Below are positions 53,976 to 60,490 of a DNA stretch of 64,000 bases, piece after piece. The position numbers and the translations under genes were made by a program. The notes beneath the pieces were generated by a model. The model did not search any database. It was not told the DNA's origin and was given only the letters and a program-made list of their open reading frames with translations. Position 1 is the first letter of the stretch; every line of letters begins with the position of its first letter. This DNA comes from Candidatus Roizmanbacteria bacterium (lineage in GTDB: Bacteria; Patescibacteriota; Microgenomatia; UBA1406; HO2-37-13b), in NCBI GenBank assembly GCA_038127095.1, contig JAYPGZ010000004.1, forward strand, positions 16,663 to 80,662. Reading direction: 5' to 3'.

Positions 53976-54728
53976 ATGCGTTTTAAATTTATCCAGCTAA
54001 ACCTATGGTTTAGCGGAAAATTACTTGAAAATGCTATTAACTTCTTAAACAAAGAAAAACCAGATATTGTAGCCTTACAAGAAGTATACTGGCCCCAGTC
54101 AAATAGGAATGACAGTCGCTTTATGTCTTTGCAGATTCTTAAAAAAGAGCTGGGACTACACCATATTGATTTCGCGCCTTCATTCTTGGATGTGGGTGAA
54201 GAGGATTCATTGTGGGGACTTGCTGTCCTTTCAAAGTACCCAATAACTAACTCGCAATCTACATTTATTAGTGGAAGTTTCAATGCGTATGTGCGTGAAA
54301 AAATGACTGATTTTGGTGATTTGCCAAGGAATTTGCAGCATACGTCCATCAAGGTCAACTCTTCTCTTATTCATGTATTAAATGTTCATGGTATTTGGGG
54401 TTTTGACGAAGATGATAATGAACGTCGTCTTGCTATGGCAGATAAAATCATCTCGCAAATTCCTTTTAATGAGCCCACCATTGTGTGTGGTGATTTAAAC
54501 GTAGGACAACATACAAAAACAATTGCCAGGCTTGAGCGACAATTACACAATGTTTTTAAAGGTGAATTGGTAACATCTTTTAATACCAATGTAAAGAAAG
54601 AGGGAAATTTTGCTTCCTCAGTGGTTGATTTTGTTTTTGTAAGTAACCATTTACGCGTAGTCAATCATTCAGCCCCTGATGTAAACGTATCTGACCACCT
54701 CCCACTTGTATGCGAATTTGAAGTGTAA
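53976..54728 (+). CDS. endonuclease/exonuclease/phosphatase (EEP) family protein
   Basis: PDIVALQEV near the N-terminus; C-terminal SDHLPL catalytic motif. 1-nt gap after ftsZ. Confidence 0.75.
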   Translation: MRFKFIQLNLWFSGKLLENAINFLNKEKPDIVALQEVYWPQSNRNDSRFMSLQILKKELGLHHIDFAPSFLDVGEEDSLWGLAVLSKYPITNSQSTFISGSFNAYVREKMTDFGDLPRNLQHTSIKVNSSLIHVLNVHGIWGFDEDDNERRLAMADKIISQIPFNEPTIVCGDLNVGQHTKTIARLERQLHNVFKGELVTSFNTNVKKEGNFASSVVDFVFVSNHLRVVNHSAPDVNVSDHLPLVCEFEV

Positions 54729-54730
54729 TT

Positions 54731-54739
54731 TGCTATAAT
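54731..54739 (+). promoter_or_regulatory. extended -10 (TGcTATAAT), 7 nt from the ileS ATG
   Basis: ttgcTATAATtacactcATG. Confidence 0.5.
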
Positions 54740-54746
54740 TACACTC

Positions 54747-57530
54747 ATGTTTAAACCTACAGAACCGAACTTGAACATTCCGCAAATGGAGGAAGAAATT
54801 CTCTCGTTCTGGAAGGAAAACAATACTTTTCAAAAGTCTGTTGAAAATCGTCCGGCGGATAAGCTATGGACATTTCTTGATGGGCCCCCATTCATAACAG
54901 GTCTCCCACATTATGGAACTCTCTTACCAAGTATTGCAAAAGATCTGTTTCCTCGATTCTGGACAATGAAAGGGTATCGAGTTCGACGTGTGTGGGGTTG
55001 GGATTGTCATGGTCTTCCCGCTGAGAATAAAGTGGAAAATAAACTGGGAATTAAGCGCAAAAAAGATATTGAAGAAAAAATCGGCGTTAAAAAATTCATT
55101 GATGAATGCAAGCTTTATGTGAGTGACGTTTCAAGTGAATGGGAATGGTACATTGACCATGTTGCTCGATGGGTCGATTTTAAGCATGCGTATAAAACAA
55201 TGGATTTGCCATACATGGAGAGTGTTATGTGGGTGTTTAAGCAAATGTATGATAAGGATCTTATTTATAAGGGTCTTCGAGTATCGTTGTACTGTCCGCA
55301 CTGTTCCACGCCAATCTCTAACTTTGAAGTTGCTATGGATGGAGATAATTATCAAACAGTTACAGAGCCAGGGACCGTGTATAAATATAAACTACTAGAT
55401 GAAGATGTATATTTGCTTGCATGGTCAACTACTCCATGGACAAAACTTGTAACCACAGCACTTGCTGTCAATCCTAAACTTGAATATTCAAAAGTCTCTC
55501 AGAATAATGAAACATATATATTAGCTTCTTCCACTCTTGCAATGCTTAAAGGAGAATATACCGTAGTGGAGCGATTCACAGGAGACAAACTAATCGATAA
55601 AAAATTCGAAGGTCATTATGATTTCTTTGGTCACGAGGAGGGAAAGCGACTTTTTGAAGTTGTTGGAGCCGATTTTGTAACCGAAGGTGATGGAACGGGA
55701 ATTGTTACGCTTGCAGCATACGGAGAAGATGATATGGCCGCTATGAAAGAATTCAACATTCAAGTAGCCTTGCACTTGGATGACGAGGGGAAATTTATCG
55801 AAACGGTTCCACAATGGGCCGGCAAGTACTATTTAGATGTTAACGAGGAGATTGATAAGGAACTTGAAGGCAGAGGACTGGTGTATGCAACAGATCCGTA
55901 TGAGCATACTGTTCCAACATGTTGGCGATGTCATACTCGATTAATTTACTCGCCTCAAGATGCATGGTATGTCAATGTTCAAAAGCTCAAGACACAATTG
56001 CTTGAAACAAACAAGTCGGTAAACTGGTTTCCTGATCATTTCAAGCACGGACGTTTTGAAAAGAGTCTTCAGGCTGCTCCAGATTGGTGTATTTCACGCA
56101 GTCGTTATTTTGGATCTCCGGTTCCTGTGTGGGAATGTGGCAATGGTCATCGATTTGTGCCAGGCTCTATAGCCGAACTTGAAGAACGTTCAGGTGTGAA
56201 AGTGACCGATTTGCATAAGCCCGTTATTGATGAAGTTGTCGTACCGTGTAGCGAATGTGATCAAGTTGCGCATAGAGTATCTGAGGTGCTTGATAGCTGG
56301 ATCGAAGCAGGTAGTGCTCCCTATGGAGAACGCCACTATCCATTTGGTGAAGAAAAAGATTTAGCCAAATTTTTTCCTCCAGATTTTATCGTTGAATATA
56401 CGGGGCAAATTAGAGCGTGGTTTTATGTATTGCATGTAATTTCCAACTCATTGTTTGAAACACATGCATTTAAAAATGTTGTGGTGAATGGAGTAATATT
56501 GGGAACCGATGGGCGAAAAATGAGTAAGAACTTTGGTAACTATCCTGATCCAAAAGAGCTTCTTTCCAAATATGGCGGCGATGCATTGCGTTTGTATTTC
56601 ATGGCTTCACCGGTAATGCGTGGAGAAGACATTGTAATTTCTGAAGAAGATTATAAGAATCAAATACGTGCAACCTTACTTCCAATTATCAATATCTATA
56701 GTTTTTTTGCAATGTATGCAAACACAGCACATTGGACTCCATCAGTCAAATCTATTAATGAACTAGAACTACACGTGCTCGATCGGTGGATTCTTTCACG
56801 TTTAGGAACACTTGAAAAAACGATGACAGATTCATTAAATGCGTATGACACAGCTACAGCAATTACCTCGTTACGAGAATTTGTTGACGATTGGTCAAAG
56901 TGGTATATTAGACGAAGTCGTGATCGAGTTGGAGAAGTGTTCTATGAAACAACCTATTATGTACTTACGAATTTTGCAAAATTAGTTGCACCAGTAATTC
57001 CATTTACTGCAGAATACTTATATAAACGATTAACAACAAGTGATTCGGTACACTTGCAAAACTGGCCAGAAGAAAATACCCAATACATTAACAAAGATCT
57101 TGAAGGGAGTATGAAACTTGCTCGATCGCTCGTAGAAGAGGGTCATGCGTTTCGCAAGAAGAATGCATTTAAGGTTCGAAAGCCGCTTCTTACGTTGGCG
57201 TTAGAATCACACGAAGGAGTTGAGCATATTACAGATGAGATTTGGGCAATTGTGCTCGAGGAATTAAATGTGAAAAATATTTCAGTAGGTGATTTTCACT
57301 ATCCAAAGGTGCCAGTTCAGGTCACTCAACAGGAACTTGATGATGAAGAAACGGTGCGTGATTTGATTCGATCAATTCAACAAGAACGCAAAATTCTTGG
57401 ATTGTTACCGGGAGATAAAGTGTCTTTAGTTTTACCCACATACCCAAAGAAATTTGAAGAATTTATTATGAAAAAGGTTTTAGCTACTTCTATTGAGACT
57501 GGAGAAAAACTACTAGTCGTCAAAGTTTAG
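54747..57530 (+). CDS. ileS: isoleucyl-tRNA synthetase (type 2-like)
   Basis: LDGPPFITGLPHYGT (HIGH region), WGWDCHGLPAE, editing-domain WSTTPWT, KMSKNFGNYPDP (KMSKS region). Confidence 0.9.
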   Translation: MFKPTEPNLNIPQMEEEILSFWKENNTFQKSVENRPADKLWTFLDGPPFITGLPHYGTLLPSIAKDLFPRFWTMKGYRVRRVWGWDCHGLPAENKVENKLGIKRKKDIEEKIGVKKFIDECKLYVSDVSSEWEWYIDHVARWVDFKHAYKTMDLPYMESVMWVFKQMYDKDLIYKGLRVSLYCPHCSTPISNFEVAMDGDNYQTVTEPGTVYKYKLLDEDVYLLAWSTTPWTKLVTTALAVNPKLEYSKVSQNNETYILASSTLAMLKGEYTVVERFTGDKLIDKKFEGHYDFFGHEEGKRLFEVVGADFVTEGDGTGIVTLAAYGEDDMAAMKEFNIQVALHLDDEGKFIETVPQWAGKYYLDVNEEIDKELEGRGLVYATDPYEHTVPTCWRCHTRLIYSPQDAWYVNVQKLKTQLLETNKSVNWFPDHFKHGRFEKSLQAAPDWCISRSRYFGSPVPVWECGNGHRFVPGSIAELEERSGVKVTDLHKPVIDEVVVPCSECDQVAHRVSEVLDSWIEAGSAPYGERHYPFGEEKDLAKFFPPDFIVEYTGQIRAWFYVLHVISNSLFETHAFKNVVVNGVILGTDGRKMSKNFGNYPDPKELLSKYGGDALRLYFMASPVMRGEDIVISEEDYKNQIRATLLPIINIYSFFAMYANTAHWTPSVKSINELELHVLDRWILSRLGTLEKTMTDSLNAYDTATAITSLREFVDDWSKWYIRRSRDRVGEVFYETTYYVLTNFAKLVAPVIPFTAEYLYKRLTTSDSVHLQNWPEENTQYINKDLEGSMKLARSLVEEGHAFRKKNAFKVRKPLLTLALESHEGVEHITDEIWAIVLEELNVKNISVGDFHYPKVPVQVTQQELDDEETVRDLIRSIQQERKILGLLPGDKVSLVLPTYPKKFEEFIMKKVLATSIETGEKLLVVKV

Positions 57531-57533
57531 TAC

Positions 57534-58559
57534 ATGAAAAAAAAGCCAGATATTCTTATCATTCTTTCTATTGCGGGTTTGTGTATGTTTTCACTGTTTA
57601 ACTTATTTGGTATTTCTCAGGCATTTTTTGTGAGTCAGCTCCTTTTTATTATTGCCGGTTTTATTGCATTTTTTATAATGAATCGAATTGGTATTGATAT
57701 TTTACGGATAAATGCAGGCATGACATACTTCGTTTTTATTGTGCTCCTTATCTTAACGTACATTACCGGAGACGTAATTCGTGGGTCGCGACGATGGATT
57801 GATTTGGTCGTTTTTAATTTCCAGCCTTCAGAATTCTTAAAACCGTTTTTTGTAATTTATATGGCAGATCTATTTGCCAAAAAAAGCCTTGCAACATCAA
57901 CGCTCATTAAAGCATCTAGTTTATTTGTAATTGTTTTTCTCATTGTTTTGAAACAGCCCGACTTAGGAACTGCCCTTCTATATTTAGGAACGTTTACTGG
58001 AATGATATTTTTTGCTGGTCTTTCTTTGAGATATTTTGTCTCTGGTCTTTTATTCTTTTTAATTAGTAGCCCTCTTGTGTGGCAGTCGCTTAAAACGTAT
58101 CAAAAACAGCGAATTTTGAGTTTTATTGATCCAAGTCATGATATATCTGGTGTTGCGTATAATGTTATTCAATCGGTGATTACAGTAGGTTCAGGTGGAT
58201 TGTTGGGAAAAGGATTGGGACTCGGTACCCAATCCCGCTTCTTATTTTTACCTGAAAATCACACTGATTTTGCGTTCGCATCACTAGTAGAACAATTTGG
58301 ATTTGTGGGGGGAGCGGCTATTATTTGTCTATATTGTGTGTTATTGTATCGGCTGTTATTGGTAGTCCGTGATCGGAAAAAAGAGTATTTTTATTATCTT
58401 TATACTGTTGGAGTAATACTTTTTATAACAATTTCAGTAATTATTAATATTGGTATGAACATGGGAATTGTGCCGGTTACCGGTATTGCCTTGCCATTTA
58501 TTTCTTATGGAGGCTCGTCGATTGTATCAACCATGATTCTTGTTGGTCTTGCGCTTTAG
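57534..58559 (+). CDS. rodA: SEDS-family protein RodA-like
   Basis: RWIDLVVFNFQPSEFLK, PENHTDFAFA. Second SEDS paralog, located outside the dcw cluster. Confidence 0.7.
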   Translation: MKKKPDILIILSIAGLCMFSLFNLFGISQAFFVSQLLFIIAGFIAFFIMNRIGIDILRINAGMTYFVFIVLLILTYITGDVIRGSRRWIDLVVFNFQPSEFLKPFFVIYMADLFAKKSLATSTLIKASSLFVIVFLIVLKQPDLGTALLYLGTFTGMIFFAGLSLRYFVSGLLFFLISSPLVWQSLKTYQKQRILSFIDPSHDISGVAYNVIQSVITVGSGGLLGKGLGLGTQSRFLFLPENHTDFAFASLVEQFGFVGGAAIICLYCVLLYRLLLVVRDRKKEYFYYLYTVGVILFITISVIINIGMNMGIVPVTGIALPFISYGGSSIVSTMILVGLAL

Positions 58560-58577
58560 TTGTCAATGAATCTACAG

Positions 58578-58606
58578 TTGCGATCAGGCGGTAAATCGAT
58601 TATAAT
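58578..58606 (+). promoter_or_regulatory. promoter (TTGCGA-17-TATAAT), 6 nt from the rplU ATG
   Basis: TTGCGA at 58578-58583, TATAAT at 58601-58606, ATG at 58613. Confidence 0.65.
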
Positions 58607-58612
58607 TACTCT

Positions 58613-58921
58613 ATGAAACTTGCAGTTGTTAAAACAGGAGGAAAACAATACGTGGTTGGCGCAGGAGATACTATTGTAGTAGATAGTATTCACGCTGAGG
58701 CAGGTAAAACTGTTGAACTTGATTTGTTGGCACTTCTTGATAACGAAAAATTAACAGTAGATTTAGGAACTCCTCTTTTGAAAACTAAGGCTAAAGCCAC
58801 CGTTATTGATCATGTGAAAGGCGATAAAGTGCACGTAGCTCGTTTTAAAGCTAAGACTCGTTATCGAAAAGCACGCGGTTTTCGAGCACAACTTACCCAG
58901 TTAAAAGTCGAATCATTTTAA
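58613..58921 (+). CDS. rplU: 50S ribosomal protein L21
   Basis: MKLAVVKTGGKQYVV..., KAKTRYRKARGFR. Confidence 0.93.
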   Translation: MKLAVVKTGGKQYVVGAGDTIVVDSIHAEAGKTVELDLLALLDNEKLTVDLGTPLLKTKAKATVIDHVKGDKVHVARFKAKTRYRKARGFRAQLTQLKVESF

Positions 58922-58927
58922 TAAACC

Positions 58928-59182
58928 ATGGCACATACAAAGTCACAGAAGGCGGCAAAAGGCAATAGAGATAGTATCTCCAAGCGACTTGGAGTAAAAC
59001 TCTATGGTGGAGAAAAGGTATCTGTTGGAAATGTGATTGTGCGTCAACGAGGAATGAAATTTTCTGCTGGGGAAAATGTAAAATTAGGAAAAGATTTTAC
59101 TGCTTATGCTCTTGCTGATGGAGAGGTTGTTTTCAAGAAACGTGCAGGAAAAAAATACGTAACGGTTGCCTCTTCTAAATAA
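58928..59182 (+). CDS. rpmA: 50S ribosomal protein L27
   Basis: [16 protein letters not shown]...[15 protein letters not shown]. Confidence 0.93.
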   Translation: MAHTKSQKAAKGNRDSISKRLGVKLYGGEKVSVGNVIVRQRGMKFSAGENVKLGKDFTAYALADGEVVFKKRAGKKYVTVASSK

Positions 59183-59261
59183 TTCATTCACACTACTTTC
59201 CGTAACCACTGAGTGTTTCCTTGTTAGTACATCTTATATACAAATTAGAAGTAGTATTTTA

Positions 59262-59267
59262 TATACT
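59262..59267 (+). promoter_or_regulatory. -10 box (TATACT), 6 nt from the ATG at 59274
   Basis: tataTATACTaaataaATG. Confidence 0.4.
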
Positions 59268-59273
59268 AAATAA

Positions 59274-59819
59274 ATGCGAGTAAATGTTGAAGAGGTTCTA
59301 AGGACAATTCATGAACAGTCCGACCCGATAGTTCAAGCAGAGCTTATTGAAAAAGCTGTAAATGCAGGAATTCGCGTGGTGCAAATTGCACATGAACTCG
59401 ATATGTCTTCATCATACGTAAGTCATTTGCGTCGTCTAAAAAAGTTGCCCCCGCTTATTATTAATGGTTATTATGATAAAACGATTTCACTTAGTCATCT
59501 GTTTATACTATCGCGTCTAACTACGCCAGAAGAAATGATAAGCACCTATGAAGAAGTACTTACTCAGAATTTATCTGCTGCACAAACGGAAAGAAGAGTG
59601 TTTGAGAGAATGTCTGGCAAGCAAATACAGGGAAAAAAACTTTCTAAAGAATGGTTCGATGATCTTGGTAACGTATTTAAAGGTATTTCCTCGACAATTT
59701 CAGTTACCGCTATTCAAACTCGCCGTAAAGGCGAAATCGTTCTTACATTCAATGGATCTCTCGAGCAAACGAGTGCACTGTTTGAAAAAATCAAGACTCA
59801 CTTAAAAAAGGATTCGTAA
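59274..59819 (+). CDS. ParB/Spo0J-like HTH protein lacking the N-terminal ParB (CTP-binding) domain
   Basis: aa 20-85 match the ParB HTH pattern (QAELIEKAVNAGIRVVQIAHELDMSSSYVSHLRRLKKLPPLIINGYYDKTISLSHLFILSRL). There is nothing upstream of it in the ORF. Confidence 0.5.
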   Translation: MRVNVEEVLRTIHEQSDPIVQAELIEKAVNAGIRVVQIAHELDMSSSYVSHLRRLKKLPPLIINGYYDKTISLSHLFILSRLTTPEEMISTYEEVLTQNLSAAQTERRVFERMSGKQIQGKKLSKEWFDDLGNVFKGISSTISVTAIQTRRKGEIVLTFNGSLEQTSALFEKIKTHLKKDS

Positions 59820-60357
59820 CAGGTCCCATATTGGAGACTGGAAAATAACGGTAAATTACTTTTCCAATTATATTTACTTGAGGTATAAATCCGAATTCAC
59901 GAGAATCTGAAGAATGTGTGCGATTGTCACCTAATACAAATACATAGTCTTGTGGAACAGTAACCTCTTCTCCTTCTTGCATAAACCCTGTTTGAAATGT
60001 TTTGGTTGGTTCCGTGATGTATGGTTCTTCAAGAAGTGCTCCATTTCGATATACGTGTTCTTTTTGTATTTTGATTCGATCTCCTGGCACTCCAATTATT
60101 CTCTTCACAAAATCGACCTCACTATTGCTCAAAGAGGCAAAAACAATAATATCGCCATATTTGGGTTTGTCTAGTCGGTATGCTATTTTACTGGTAAGAA
60201 TATAGTCGTGAGTTTGGAATGTTTTTTCCATAGATGCGCCTTGAACCTGATTGGGCGCAATAATGAATAGATATAAGACAATAAACAGAGAGCCAACAAA
60301 GACTACTGTTTCAAGAATATCCATGACAAAATCTATCAGGCGTTTTACGACTTGCAT
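59791..60357 (-). CDS. lepB: signal peptidase I
   Basis: N-terminal TM, catalytic GASMEKTF (SMxPT-like), KRIIGVPGD, GDNRTHSSDSREFG. Start at ATG 60357 (M3) is favoured by the -10 spacing. Confidence 0.9.
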   Translation of the reverse strand: MQVVKRLIDFVMDILETVVFVGSLFIVLYLFIIAPNQVQGASMEKTFQTHDYILTSKIAYRLDKPKYGDIIVFASLSNSEVDFVKRIIGVPGDRIKIQKEHVYRNGALLEEPYITEPTKTFQTGFMQEGEEVTVPQDYVFVLGDNRTHSSDSREFGFIPQVNIIGKVIYRYFPVSNMGPVTNPFLSES

Positions 60358-60363
60358 ACGCAT

Positions 60364-60392
60364 ATTTTAGAAGAGTTGAAAGTAAAAAACAA
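60364..60392 (-). promoter_or_regulatory. lepB promoter (TTGTTT-17-TAAAAT), 6 nt from the ATG at 60357
   Basis: Minus strand: TTGTTT at 60387-60392 and TAAAAT at 60364-60369. Back-to-back with the tRNA-Val -10. Confidence 0.45.
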
Positions 60393-60394
60393 GG

Positions 60395-60400
60395 TATAAT
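60395..60400 (+). promoter_or_regulatory. -10 box (TATAAT) 11 nt upstream of tRNA-Val
   Basis: aaggTATAATataacgtcataGCGCGC. The only TTGAAA upstream is 13 nt away, which is too close to serve as a -35. Confidence 0.4.
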
Positions 60401-60411
60401 ATAACGTCATA

Positions 60412-60483
60412 GCGCGCATAGCTCAGTGGTAGAGCACTTCATTCACATTGAAGGGGTCCGTGGTTCAAATCCACGTGCGCGTA
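60412..60483 (+). tRNA. tRNA-Val (CAC anticodon)
   Basis: GCGCGCA-TA-GCTC-AGTGGTA-GAGC-A-CTTCA-TTCACAT-TGAAG-GGGTC-CGTGG-TTCAAAT-CCACG-TGCGCGT-A. G1:U72 wobble. CCA not encoded. Confidence 0.9.
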
Positions 60484-60490
60484 CTGCAAG

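Noticed and set aside
53777-54358. Long antisense 'shadow' ORFs. Examples: 53777-54358(-), 52975-53370(-), 45911-46297(-), 40554-40919(-), 25911-26387(+), 23636-24070(+), 11402-11749(+), 5240-5467(+), 2990-3262(-), 1024-1335(-).
   Set aside because: Each lies entirely opposite a well-supported conserved gene, has low-complexity or hydrophobic nonsense composition, and lacks the promoter/start architecture seen at real genes.
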